A stretch of DNA of 53,407 nucleotides from Nitrososphaerota archaeon (GCA_021159365.1 JAGGRY010000011.1:1-53407), one strand, 5' to 3'; positions 8,301-17,886 are shown, counted from the first letter of the stretch. A program made the numbers and translations. The notes: generated by a model not told the origin, from the letters alone.

Positions 8301-9311
8301 ATGAGATTAAAGCTTGGAAAGCTTGAAAGAAAGCTGCTCGAAGAGATAATCTTCAAGAAGTTGGGCGAGAAGAGGAGAGATGTCATAGTTAAGCCGAGAT
8401 TTGGAGAAGATGCTTCAGTGATCAAGACTTGGTCTGGAGACATGGTCGTCGCCGCCATGGATCCGATAACAGGTTCAGGATCTATGCTTGGATGGCTTGC
8501 CGTGAATGTGAATGCCAATGATGTCGCGGTTATGGGAGGTGAGCCTAGATGGTTTTCGACGACCCTTTTACTTCCCGAAAACGCGGAGGTTGAGGAGATT
8601 AAGAGGATCACGTCGGAGATTCATCTCGCCGCCAAGAAGCTCGGAGTCGCGGTCATCACGGGCCACAGCGAGATAACTCCTGGGATAATGAATCCGATAA
8701 TTGTTGGCCATATGCTTGGTAAACTCGTCTCGAAGAAGCCTATAAGATCCTCTGATGCGAGGGCTGGAGATTTGATAATTATGGTGAAGACTGCTGGAAT
8801 TGAGGGAACCGCGATCCTCTCAACAGACTTCGCCGAAATTCTCAAGGATAAGGTTTCGGAAAAAATCCTAGAAAGAGCTAAGAGATTCTATCGAAGGATA
8901 AGCGTCGTTGAGGATGCTCTAAAACTCGCTAAAAGAAATATCTGTAGATCTATGCATGATCCTACTGAGGGAGGCGTTCTCGGAGGAGTATATGAGGTCG
9001 CGGAAGCGAGTAAGCTCTCCTTCATACTTTATGAGAATAAGATTCCAATCGCAGCTGAGACCAGGATCATTTGTAATGCATTAAATTGTGATCCACTGAG
9101 GTTGATAGCTTCTGGAGCCTTAATAGCCTCTATTCCCGAAGAGAATCTCAAGAAAGCGAAGAGAATCATTCCGAGCTTGAGAGTTATCGGTAGGTTTAGG
9201 CATAGAAGGATGGGAAATGTCTTGGTCAGAAGCGATGGATCCGAGGAGAAGATTAAAGATGAGATTAGGGATGAACTTTGGAGGCTCATAGAAGAGTTTA
9301 AGCTAAGGTAG
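8301..9311 (+). CDS. AIR synthase-related (PurM superfamily; HypE/ThiL/SelD-related) protein
   Basis: GEDASVI, AAMDPITG, NANDVAVMGGEP and GHSEITPG motifs are typical of PurM-fold ATP-utilising enzymes. There is no HypE C-terminal Cys motif. Confidence 0.65.
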   Translation: MRLKLGKLERKLLEEIIFKKLGEKRRDVIVKPRFGEDASVIKTWSGDMVVAAMDPITGSGSMLGWLAVNVNANDVAVMGGEPRWFSTTLLLPENAEVEEIKRITSEIHLAAKKLGVAVITGHSEITPGIMNPIIVGHMLGKLVSKKPIRSSDARAGDLIIMVKTAGIEGTAILSTDFAEILKDKVSEKILERAKRFYRRISVVEDALKLAKRNICRSMHDPTEGGVLGGVYEVAEASKLSFILYENKIPIAAETRIICNALNCDPLRLIASGALIASIPEENLKKAKRIIPSLRVIGRFRHRRMGNVLVRSDGSEEKIKDEIRDELWRLIEEFKLR

Positions 9312-9323
9312 TCGGCAACATCG

Positions 9324-9332
9324 TTATATATT
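9324..9332 (+). promoter_or_regulatory. TATA-like box upstream of guaB
   Basis: TTATATATT lies 28-36 nt upstream of the GTG start at 9360. Confidence 0.4.
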
Positions 9333-9359
9333 GGGAAAACTGCTCCATGAAGGGATTTC

Positions 9360-10817
9360 GTGGCGAAAATCTTGGATCAGATCGGGCTTTCCTTCGATGA
9401 TGCCCTTCTGATTCCGAGGAGATCTTCCATAAGATCTAGGAAAGAGGTTATAACTAGGAGTAGATTTACGAGAAGAATTTGGCTAAGCATCCCGATAGTC
9501 TCAGCCGCTATGGATACGGTCACGGAGTCTAGAATGGCCATAGCTATGGCGAGGGAAGGAGGAATAGGGGTGATCCATAGATTTATGCCGGCTGAGAGGC
9601 AGGCTGAAGAGGTTCTAAAGGTTAAGCGCGCTGAAAACATAGTGATCGAGGATCCTTACACGGTTAATCCAGAGATGAGGATTAAAGACGCTAGGAGGCT
9701 TATGGAGAAGTTTAGAGTTAGCGGACTGATCGTGGTCGACGAGGAGAGGAGGGTTCTCGGAATTCTAACGAGGAGAGATGTGGTCTTTGAAGACGATAAT
9801 AGATTGGTTAAGGATGCGATGACTCCCAGAAATGACATGATCGTCGCGAAGCCTGGGATAAGCATGGAGGAGGCCGAGGAGATCTTTAGAAAGTATAAGG
9901 TCGAGAAGCTTCCGATAGTCGATGAAGATAACAAGCTTAAGGGATTGATAACGAGCGTGGATTTAGTTAAACGCAAGATGTATCCAAATGCTTCAAGAGA
10001 CTCTAGGGGAAGGCTTTTAGCGGCAGCCGCGATAGGCGTCAGAGAGGAATCCATTCGAAGGTCAGAGCTCTTGGTTAAGGCTGGAGTGGATGTGATCGTG
10101 ATAGATGTCGCCCATGGCCACACCGAGATGGTGATAAACATGGTTAAGAGGCTTAGAAGAACTTATGGAGACGAATTGGAGATAGTTGCTGGAAACGTTG
10201 CGACCCCAGAAGGTGTGGAAGACCTCGTATCCGCCGGAGTCGACGCCGTTAAGGTTGGAATAGGCCCCGGATCCGTCTGCACCACCAGGATCGTCGCCGG
10301 TGTAGGTGTCCCCCAGCTCACGGCGATAATGATCTGCTCCGAGAAGGCTAGAGAACTCGATATACCGATAATCGCTGACGGTGGAATCAGGTATAGTGGC
10401 GATATAGTTAAGGCTTTGGCCGCTGGTGCTTCAACCGTCATGATAGGTAGGCTTCTAGCTGGAACCGATGAGAGTCCAGGAGCTATCGTCGTGAGAAATG
10501 GTAGAAAGTATAAGATTTATCGTGGAATGGCCTCGCTTTACGCCATGCTTGGAAGAGAAGTTAGGGAGACTGGAAATGAGGCTGAAGCTCTTCTAGACGC
10601 CTCAGAATACTCCTATTATGCTGAAGGCGTTGAGGCCTATGTTCCCTACACTGGTTCGGTTTCAGAAGTGATTAAACAACTTGTAGCTGGATTGAGATCT
10701 GGGATGAGCTATCTCGGAGCAAGAGATATCGATGAATTGAAGAGAAACGCTGTTTTCATAAGAATAACTGAGAGCGGGTTCAAGGAAAGCTTACCACATG
10801 ACGTTGAGAAGGTGTGA
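9360..10817 (+). CDS. guaB: Inosine-5'-monophosphate dehydrogenase with CBS pair
   Basis: Active-site loop [11 protein letters not shown], an internal CBS pair, GGIRYSGD; 485 aa. Confidence 0.9.
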   Translation: MAKILDQIGLSFDDALLIPRRSSIRSRKEVITRSRFTRRIWLSIPIVSAAMDTVTESRMAIAMAREGGIGVIHRFMPAERQAEEVLKVKRAENIVIEDPYTVNPEMRIKDARRLMEKFRVSGLIVVDEERRVLGILTRRDVVFEDDNRLVKDAMTPRNDMIVAKPGISMEEAEEIFRKYKVEKLPIVDEDNKLKGLITSVDLVKRKMYPNASRDSRGRLLAAAAIGVREESIRRSELLVKAGVDVIVIDVAHGHTEMVINMVKRLRRTYGDELEIVAGNVATPEGVEDLVSAGVDAVKVGIGPGSVCTTRIVAGVGVPQLTAIMICSEKARELDIPIIADGGIRYSGDIVKALAAGASTVMIGRLLAGTDESPGAIVVRNGRKYKIYRGMASLYAMLGREVRETGNEAEALLDASEYSYYAEGVEAYVPYTGSVSEVIKQLVAGLRSGMSYLGARDIDELKRNAVFIRITESGFKESLPHDVEKV

Positions 10818-10823
10818 AGAGAT

Positions 10824-12068
10824 ATGCCCGCGAAGGTGATTATAGGTCTTCAATGGGGAGATGAGGGTAAGGGAAAGATCTCATATCTCCTATCCCGCAA
10901 CGCCGACTGCGTAGTAAGATTTCAGGGAGGAGCAAACGCGGGCCACACCGTAGTTCTTCCAGACAGAAAATTGAAGTTCAATATGCTTCCAGCCGGATCA
11001 GCCGCCGGAGCGAAGCCATGTATAGCTTCAGGAGTTGTTCTGGATCCAGCTGAGGTAATTGAAGAGGTAGATCTACTTCGCTCAATAGGGATCGAGCCTG
11101 AATTGATGATTAGTGGCGCTGCTAATGTGGTCTTGAAGTTGCATAAGAGGCTTGATGGAATGATCGAAGAGCTTAGAGGAGGTAAGGCGGTTGGCACGAC
11201 TAGGAGAGGAATCGGGCCGACTTATTCCGATAAAGCGCTGAGAACTGGGATCAGGGTTGAAGATCTCCTAGACAAGAAAGCACTCCGAGAAAAACTTGAG
11301 ATCCTTGAAAGAGTTCATGGAATAAAGGTCGAGGAACTCGACGAACTCGTTAAGGTTGGAAGACTTATTGCAAAATATGTTGGAGACGTCGAGATCTATC
11401 TGAATGATCTCCTAGATTCTGGAGCCGAGGTGATCTTTGAGGGAGCTCAAGGAACCCTTCTAGACATAGATCACGGAACCTACCCCTATGTTACCTCATC
11501 GAATACTATTGCTGGAGCAGCATGCACGGGATGCGGAGTAGGACCTACTAGGATAGATGAAGTTATTGGCGTCATGAAGGCGTATTCAACGAGGGTTGGA
11601 GCAGGAGTGTTCCCAACGGAACTTCATGGAGAACTCGCCGATAGGATTAGGGAAATTGGAGGAGAGTATGGGACGACGACGGGTAGACCTAGGAGGGTTG
11701 GATGGCTGGATATACCATTATTGAGATACGCCGTTAAGATCAGCAATGTCTCGTGGATAGCGATGACCAAGCTCGACGTCTTAACGGGATTAAAGAAGCT
11801 TAAGATCTGTAAAGAATATGTTGTAGATGATGAAGTGGTTAAGATTGTTCATCCAAGCGTTAAAAAGCTTGAAAAAGTTAAGCCTAACTACGTCGAGGTC
11901 GATGGATGGGACATAGATCAAGGAGATTGGAGAAAGCTCGCTGAAAGGGGTTGGGAGTCATTTCCACCGGAAGCGAAGAACTATGTTGAATTGGTCGAGA
12001 GATTGCTCGGAGTCCCCGTCAAGCTCGTCTCAGTCGGACCTGAAGCTGGAATGGAGGTCTGGAGATGA
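10824..12068 (+). CDS. purA: Adenylosuccinate synthetase
   Basis: P-loop-like QWGDEGKGK, GTTRRGIGPTY and GTTTGRPRR motifs. Confidence 0.9.
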   Translation: MPAKVIIGLQWGDEGKGKISYLLSRNADCVVRFQGGANAGHTVVLPDRKLKFNMLPAGSAAGAKPCIASGVVLDPAEVIEEVDLLRSIGIEPELMISGAANVVLKLHKRLDGMIEELRGGKAVGTTRRGIGPTYSDKALRTGIRVEDLLDKKALREKLEILERVHGIKVEELDELVKVGRLIAKYVGDVEIYLNDLLDSGAEVIFEGAQGTLLDIDHGTYPYVTSSNTIAGAACTGCGVGPTRIDEVIGVMKAYSTRVGAGVFPTELHGELADRIREIGGEYGTTTGRPRRVGWLDIPLLRYAVKISNVSWIAMTKLDVLTGLKKLKICKEYVVDDEVVKIVHPSVKKLEKVKPNYVEVDGWDIDQGDWRKLAERGWESFPPEAKNYVELVERLLGVPVKLVSVGPEAGMEVWR

Positions 12069-13459
12069 ACTTCAATTCTCTAGAGGCCATAATCCCAATA
12101 GATGGCAGATATCGTGGAAGAATCGGCGAGACATCGAGATACTTCTCCGAATATGCTTTGATCAAGGAGAGGCTGAGGGTGGAGATAGAGTTCTTAATCA
12201 AAGTCATCGAGACTTGCAGCGAGGAGATCAGGTTTAAGCTTCCACATGATTGGAAGGATAGATTGTTGAGAATTGTTGAAGACTTTAAGCTAGAAGATGC
12301 TGAGAGAATTAAGGAGCTTGAGAAGATTTTAGGCCACGACGTCAAGGCCCTCATGAACTATCTCAGAGAGAGGCTTCATCAAATCGGATTAGAGCCGCTG
12401 TCATCATATATTCATCTTGGATTAACTTCAGATGACGTAAATAACTTGGCATATTCGCTCCTCCTCTCACGTTTTAGAGATGAAGTCCTCATACCGAATC
12501 TAATCGAGGTGATCAAGACAGTATCGGGGAAGGCTAGGGAAAATCTTGAAACGATCATGCTTGGTAGAACTCATGGAGTTCCAGCTGTTCCGACGACATT
12601 TGGAAGATTTCTCTCAAACTACGCATATAGGTTGGCTAGAATCGCTTATGAGCTGGCGTCGTTCAAGTTTCCTGGAAAGCTCGGCGGAGCCATTGGAGAT
12701 CACTCCGCCTTGAAGTTCACTTATCCTAAAGTTGATTGGATAGAGTTTAGCAAGGGTTTCGTAGAATCTCTTGGACTCGAATATACTCCAGCTTCAACCC
12801 AGATACTTCCACATGATAAGATCTCTGAATTCTTAGGCAAGATCTCGATCCTAGACGCTATCATATCGAATCTCTGTAGAGATCTCTGGCTCTTATCATC
12901 TCTCGGACTACTGGTCTTCGGGAGAAGAGTAGGCGAGGCGCATTCATCCACAATGCCTCACAAATCTAATCCACTACATCTCGAAAACGCTGAGGGAGCA
13001 TGCGACCTGGCTTCAAGCATAGCTTCATTCATGGCCCGTAGACTCATCTCAAGCAGACTTCATAGAGATCTCTCAGACTCCATTATCAAGAGATTCTATG
13101 GGCTTCCGTTGACCCTAACCATAATCGGGTTCAAGAGCTTGATGGAAGCTTTCAAGAGAATGAACGTTTTGAAGGATAAGATGAGGCTTGAAGTCGAGAG
13201 CCATCCCGAATCCTTGGCCGAAGCCTATCAAGTATATCTCAGAGCGCATGGAGTTGAAGATGCGTATGAACTCGTTCAGGGAGCTCTCGATAAAGGTTGG
13301 AGCGAGGTCTTAAAGGAGATCAAGGATAGGGGTCTTCCAGATGAGATCGTTAAGAGACTTAAAGAAGTCGAGCCTACTAAATATGTTGGAGAGGCTGTTA
13401 GAATCGGATCCATGCTTTTAGATGAGGTTGAGAAGATCTTAAGGAAGATCGGGAAATGA
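12065..13459 (+). CDS. purB: Adenylosuccinate lyase
   Basis: Fumarate-lyase signature SSTMPHKSNP; 464 aa; 4-nt overlap with purA. Confidence 0.9.
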   Translation: MNFNSLEAIIPIDGRYRGRIGETSRYFSEYALIKERLRVEIEFLIKVIETCSEEIRFKLPHDWKDRLLRIVEDFKLEDAERIKELEKILGHDVKALMNYLRERLHQIGLEPLSSYIHLGLTSDDVNNLAYSLLLSRFRDEVLIPNLIEVIKTVSGKARENLETIMLGRTHGVPAVPTTFGRFLSNYAYRLARIAYELASFKFPGKLGGAIGDHSALKFTYPKVDWIEFSKGFVESLGLEYTPASTQILPHDKISEFLGKISILDAIISNLCRDLWLLSSLGLLVFGRRVGEAHSSTMPHKSNPLHLENAEGACDLASSIASFMARRLISSRLHRDLSDSIIKRFYGLPLTLTIIGFKSLMEAFKRMNVLKDKMRLEVESHPESLAEAYQVYLRAHGVEDAYELVQGALDKGWSEVLKEIKDRGLPDEIVKRLKEVEPTKYVGEAVRIGSMLLDEVEKILRKIGK

Positions 13460-14353
13460 GTCTTCTCTCACACCTTTAGCCATAAGCTCACATCTCATGA
13501 CCTCAAACGATTTACCTAAATTCTCCATCAGTAGATTGATTTTCCCTTCTTCAGCAACGGCTATGACGCATCCACCTCCACCGGCTCCAGTGAGCTTCGC
13601 TCCAAAAGCCCCAGACTTCATACATAATTCGATCACATCTTCTATCTCCTTCGAAGATACCCCGACCCTTCTCAGAAGCTCCTGATTTCTCAGCATAAGT
13701 TTTCCGATAGATTCCACGTCTCTAGCTCTCAGCGCATCCACCGCTTCCCAGATTATCTGCTCAGCGTCTTCCAAGATCTTCTCGAACTCTTCCCCATGAG
13801 CATCCTTGAATTCCTTAACCTTCTTGACCAAATCTCCAGTTCTCCTAGCCTTTCCGGTATTGATTATTAAGATCTCATCTAGATTGAAATCCATGCTTCT
13901 AAATCCCTTGGAACGCGTATAGATTCCCCCGCCGCCATAGGTCGCGATCGTGGTATCGATTCCAGAGGGTCTATAATGAACTAAGCTTTCACCTATGTGA
14001 GCCGCCCTCATGATCAATTCTAGATCAAGTTCTCCCTTCAGCAGCAGAGATGTGGCCGCCGCGGACGCCACCGAGACGGAAGCCGATGAACCAAGACCTA
14101 CACTTTGAGGTATAGATGACCAGATCCTGAGATTTATTCCACCAGAGTATTCGAGTTCCTCGGCTATGTAGGCTGAAGCCCTAATGGCAGGATTCTCCCC
14201 AGTCCAGCCGTCGAGAATTATTCCCCGATCTGATCTCTCTACTTCTGCATAAGCTCTCAAACCGATGGCTGAGACGATGGCGGGCTTATCATAGACGACG
14301 AAATGCTCTCCAAATAAGATGACTTTACCTGGCGCAGAGGCGCATGCCTTCAT
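13439..14353 (-). CDS. mvk: Mevalonate kinase (GHMP kinase)
   Basis: PGKVILFGEHFVVY N-terminus, GHMP motif GLGSSASVSVA and C-terminal KLTGAGGGGC. Start taken at ATG 14353 (MKACASAPGK); the longer ORF begins at 14377. The 3' end overlaps purB convergently. Confidence 0.8.
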   Translation of the reverse strand: MKACASAPGKVILFGEHFVVYDKPAIVSAIGLRAYAEVERSDRGIILDGWTGENPAIRASAYIAEELEYSGGINLRIWSSIPQSVGLGSSASVSVASAAATSLLLKGELDLELIMRAAHIGESLVHYRPSGIDTTIATYGGGGIYTRSKGFRSMDFNLDEILIINTGKARRTGDLVKKVKEFKDAHGEEFEKILEDAEQIIWEAVDALRARDVESIGKLMLRNQELLRRVGVSSKEIEDVIELCMKSGAFGAKLTGAGGGGCVIAVAEEGKINLLMENLGKSFEVMRCELMAKGVREDSFPDLP

Positions 14354-14437
14354 CGTTAACCTTTTATGACCTAACATTTATTTATCTTAATCTCGATTCA
14401 TGGCCGCTCGCTAAGTCATCAAGATGTCAAATACTCT

Positions 14438-15046
14438 CTACTCAACTCTCTTTAAGCCTGAGAGTCTCAATAATCCTTCATGCAGCTCAAACCATATGTT
14501 ATGATATGATTGAACATCGACGCCGGATAGGTATTCGATTTCTCCACGCATCACGAGATTCAGCGCCCTATTAAGCCTCGTAATATACGTCTTCAATATT
14601 GGAAGCACTTTAGAGAGTTTTTCAAGAACATCTACTGTTTTCCTGTGAAGTTCGCCTAACTCTCTGATTATCGCTAAATCGTATTCTGGATCACTGTGAT
14701 CATTTGGAACGAGCATTCCTCCCTCATTCTTCACCTGCCATCTCGTGACGAGATCCTTGAACCACGTATTCAGCTCCTCAAACTCCTTACAATATGAAAG
14801 AACTTCCTCTCTTCTACCTGAACTCTCCAACACTTCTCGTCTAAGCCTCTTCATCTCCTCTCGTCCAGCATGCTCTATCTGCCATTGATCATCAACTCTT
14901 CTCACAAATCCCTTTCTCAGCAAATCATTTAAAACTTCACGAATTTTCTCTTTATCGATCTCTATGTTATTTTCGATATCTTTCTGGAGAGAGGATCTAA
15001 ATATATCGAGATAATTTAGGATGAGAAATTCATCCCAATTAACCAC
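14438..15046 (-). CDS. Putative winged-helix transcriptional regulator with helical C-terminal domain
   Basis: The N-terminal segment IREVLNDLLRKGFVRRVDDQWQI looks like a wHTH recognition helix plus wing. The gene is divergent from the PTS EI-like gene. No family was identified with confidence. Confidence 0.4.
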   Translation of the reverse strand: MVNWDEFLILNYLDIFRSSLQKDIENNIEIDKEKIREVLNDLLRKGFVRRVDDQWQIEHAGREEMKRLRREVLESSGRREEVLSYCKEFEELNTWFKDLVTRWQVKNEGGMLVPNDHSDPEYDLAIIRELGELHRKTVDVLEKLSKVLPILKTYITRLNRALNLVMRGEIEYLSGVDVQSYHNIWFELHEGLLRLSGLKRVE

Positions 15047-15150
15047 ATCGTTGACCTCCGACCTGGCATCTTGCTCAGCTTAATTTAAACCTTCAACAAA
15101 ATGCGAAAACTATTCTTCCAAGGAACAAAAATTCATATACATGTCGACTT

Positions 15151-15897
15151 ATGGTTGATGGTGGAATGCTGAAGCTAAAGGGTTTACCGGCTTCTCCTGG
15201 AATAGCTATAGGGAAAGCATTTGTATATGGTGGTCATGAAGAGTTTGACGTCGCGAATTTTTCAGGAGACGCGGATGCGGAAGTTTCCAAGTTCAAAAAG
15301 GCGTTAGAGGAGACTAAGTCGCAGGTGGCGAAGCTTAGGGATAAGGTTGAGAGGGAGATCGGGAAGGATGAAGCGGCGATCTTTGAGGCCCATCTAATGA
15401 TCTTAGAGGATCCTACATTCACCGATAAGGTCGTGAAATATATCAAGGAAGATCGCTTATCGGCTGAGAAGGCGGTTGAGAAGGCTTCAGAAGAACTCAT
15501 AGAGATGTTCAAGGCCATGGAGAGCGAATACTTTAGATCGAGGGCGGATGATATCAAAGATCTTCGGAATAGGATCATTAACAATCTCAGAGGAAGAAAG
15601 CAGTCGCTAAGCTTAGATCTCAAGGAGCCTTCAATAGTTTTCGCCAAAGAACTTCTCCCTTCAGATACTGCTAGGATGGATAAGAAGAAGGTGCTCGCCT
15701 TTGTGACCGAGATCGGGGGAATCACCTCGCATGCGGCGATAGTGGCAAGAGCTCTAAGGGTTCCAGCGGTAGTGAGCGTGAGCGGCTTGATGAAAAACGT
15801 GAGAGATGGTGTTACGGCGATCGTGGATGGATATAAGGGCTTGGTTATAATAGATCCTGTTGAAGAAGTTCTACGAGAATATTCGCAGAGAAAATAG
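15151..15897 (+). CDS. PTS Enzyme I N-terminal half only (HPr-binding domain plus phosphohistidine swivel domain); lacks the PEP-binding domain
   Basis: LKGLPASPGIAIGKAFVY, EAAIFEAHLMILEDP and the swivel-His motif GGITSHAAIVARALRVPAVV match roughly residues 1-250 of bacterial PtsI. The ORF stops at 248 aa. An alternative start is ATG 15166. Confidence 0.8.
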   Translation: MVDGGMLKLKGLPASPGIAIGKAFVYGGHEEFDVANFSGDADAEVSKFKKALEETKSQVAKLRDKVEREIGKDEAAIFEAHLMILEDPTFTDKVVKYIKEDRLSAEKAVEKASEELIEMFKAMESEYFRSRADDIKDLRNRIINNLRGRKQSLSLDLKEPSIVFAKELLPSDTARMDKKKVLAFVTEIGGITSHAAIVARALRVPAVVSVSGLMKNVRDGVTAIVDGYKGLVIIDPVEEVLREYSQRK

Positions 15898-15905
15898 TTC
15901 CAAAA

Positions 15906-16181
15906 CTATTCCTTCTCTCCAAATTTATTCTTGATGAGAGTCAGTAGGGTGTTTAAGGCTTCCTCGGCATCCTCGCCTTCTGCGATTATCGTTATCTCGT
16001 CACCGCATTCTGCTCCAAGCGATAAAACTCCAAGAATGCTCTTGGCATCCGCGATCTTATCGTCTTTCTTAACCTTGAGTTTAGCTTTAAACTTCTTAGC
16101 TGTCTGAACGAATACCGCCGCTGGCCTGGCATGTAAACCAACCTTGTTCGTTAATACGGCGCTTGCTTGTAGAATCTTCAT
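15906..16181 (-). CDS. ptsH: Phosphocarrier protein HPr
   Basis: 91 aa. Active-site His in NKVGLHARPA and a Ser46-like region DAKSILGVLSLG. Confidence 0.85.
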   Translation of the reverse strand: MKILQASAVLTNKVGLHARPAAVFVQTAKKFKAKLKVKKDDKIADAKSILGVLSLGAECGDEITIIAEGEDAEEALNTLLTLIKNKFGEKE

Positions 16182-16380
16182 CGTCGTTCACTCTTCGATT
16201 TCCCGTATTTAGATTTTTTTACCTTTTTACTTTTCGACGCATCCACGATTAATTTACTAAAGTTTAGGAGCCGGCCTCAATTCCATCGATGGAGATCCTC
16301 AGATTCAAAGTGAGTGGTAAGCAAATTATTCTGTTTTACCACCTTTTATCGAGATTTCACACATGTTTAAAGTTTGGCGT

Positions 16381-16401
16381 TTTAAAAACAACGTTTTTAA
16401 A
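16381..16401. promoter_or_regulatory. Perfect 9-bp inverted repeat (TTTAAAAAC-N3-GTTTTTAAA) in the divergent HPr/EIIC intergenic region
   Basis: Read directly from the sequence. It lies about 63-83 nt upstream of the EIIC ATG (16464), which is preceded by AGGAGGAGGA. It may be an operator or paired TATA-like elements. Confidence 0.4.
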
Positions 16402-16463
16402 GAAAGACTTATCTATGCGCACGATGTAATAAGTTACGTCAATTTGAGATAGGAGGAGGAAAA

Positions 16464-17849
16464 ATGGGTTGGATTGAAGTTTTATCGGCAGCTGTTCAGG
16501 GATTCTTGAATCTCGGAGCTTCTGTCGCCATCCCGATAATCTTGTTCTTCATAGCTCTTGGATTTAGAGTTAAGCCTGGTAGAGCTGCTAGATCAGCTAT
16601 AACGATCGCCGTGGGTTTCGTCGGCATCTTCCTATTGATAGGATTCTTCATGGATACGATAGCTCCCGTTGCCAAGATGCTCGTTGAGAGAACTGGAATC
16701 CAGCTAGTGGCGATAGACGTTGGGTGGCCTTCAGCCGCCGCGATCGCCTTCGGCTCGGTCTTGGGAACTTTGATAATCCCTGTAACCGTTGTCGTGAATC
16801 TAATCTTACTAGCCGCCAGGGTGACTAGAACCTTAGACATTGATGTCTGGAATTACTGGCACTTCGCATTCGTCGCGAGCCTGACATACATAGCGACTGG
16901 AGACTTCTGGCTTGGATTATTAGCCGGGATAGCGATGTTCGTAATCATTTTGCCGATCGCCGACTGGTCCGCTCCAAAGGTCCAAGAGATGCTCGAAACT
17001 CCTGCCATCTCTCTACCGCACGGATTCTCGGCTGTATATTTCGCGTTAGCGTATCCGGTGATGAAGCTGTTTCAGAAGATCCCCGGGCTCTGGAACATCA
17101 AGGCTGATCCGGAGACTATTAGGAAGAAATTTGGATTAATCGGTGAAAGCCCGGTTCTTGGAGCGATAATAGGGTTCGCCCTATCTGTTGCCGCTGGGGC
17201 CGACTATGTCACGGTCGCTAAGACCACGGTTGGCATGGCTGCTGTAATGGTGATCCTACCTAGAATGGTCAGGATCCTAATGGAGGGATTAGTTCCCTTA
17301 GCAGACGCAATTAGAGAGACGTTCGTCAAGAGATATGCCGGAAAGAGGGAACTATACATTGGATTGGATTCCGCGATCGCCATAGGACATCCCGTAGCCA
17401 TAGCAGCTTCCTTGATCCTCATACCGATATTCATCGTAGAATCCCTAATACCTGGAAACAAGATATTGCTTCTTGCAGACCTCCCAGTCATACCATTCAT
17501 GGTATGTATGACCGTTCCGTTATTCAATTACGACACCGTTAAGGTCATAATAAACATGGCTATCTGGAATATCGTCGGCCTACTCTTGGGAAGCATGATC
17601 ATAGACGTCTACACGGCCACCGCGAAATCCGTCGGATTCCCATTACCGAAAGGAGCCGTCTTCATCTCAAGCATATGCGATGGAACTAATCCGTTGACTT
17701 GGTTGCTCATCCAGCTCGGCAGGATAGGTTGGAGACCACTCGCCTATGGAGCCCTAATAGTGGTGATCATAGTATTCATAGTAATAGGTTACATTGCCGA
17801 GAAAAGGAGAGCGGAGAGAGCAGCTGAGGCCGCCGCTTCAACCGGTTAA
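16464..17849 (+). CDS. PTS EIIC permease, galactitol (Gat) family
   Basis: 461-aa polytopic membrane protein. The N-terminal region and motifs (VAIDVGWPSAAAIAFGS, LDIDVWNYWHF, ISLPHGFSA, GESPVLG, MVILPRMVRILMEGLVPLA, LIGLDSAIAIGHP) parallel E. coli GatC as I recall it. Confidence 0.8.
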   Translation: MGWIEVLSAAVQGFLNLGASVAIPIILFFIALGFRVKPGRAARSAITIAVGFVGIFLLIGFFMDTIAPVAKMLVERTGIQLVAIDVGWPSAAAIAFGSVLGTLIIPVTVVVNLILLAARVTRTLDIDVWNYWHFAFVASLTYIATGDFWLGLLAGIAMFVIILPIADWSAPKVQEMLETPAISLPHGFSAVYFALAYPVMKLFQKIPGLWNIKADPETIRKKFGLIGESPVLGAIIGFALSVAAGADYVTVAKTTVGMAAVMVILPRMVRILMEGLVPLADAIRETFVKRYAGKRELYIGLDSAIAIGHPVAIAASLILIPIFIVESLIPGNKILLLADLPVIPFMVCMTVPLFNYDTVKVIINMAIWNIVGLLLGSMIIDVYTATAKSVGFPLPKGAVFISSICDGTNPLTWLLIQLGRIGWRPLAYGALIVVIIVFIVIGYIAEKRRAERAAEAAASTG

Positions 17850-17886
17850 AAGTTAAAGCTTCCCAAAACCCTCTTTATTTTCAGAG

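Noticed and set aside
8222-8611. 129-aa minus-strand ORF spanning the MobA-like / AIR-synthase-like junction
   Set aside because: It is antisense to two co-oriented genes, is Ser-rich, and has no recognisable domain.
9656-10141. 161-aa minus-strand ORF inside guaB (and similar ORFs at 9377-9640, 10163-10441, 10922-11197, 12019-12354, 12721-12951, 15234-15725, 16496-16840, 17204-17527)
   Set aside because: All lie antisense to genes with unambiguous family signatures and have the low-complexity Ser/Leu/Thr composition typical of shadow frames.
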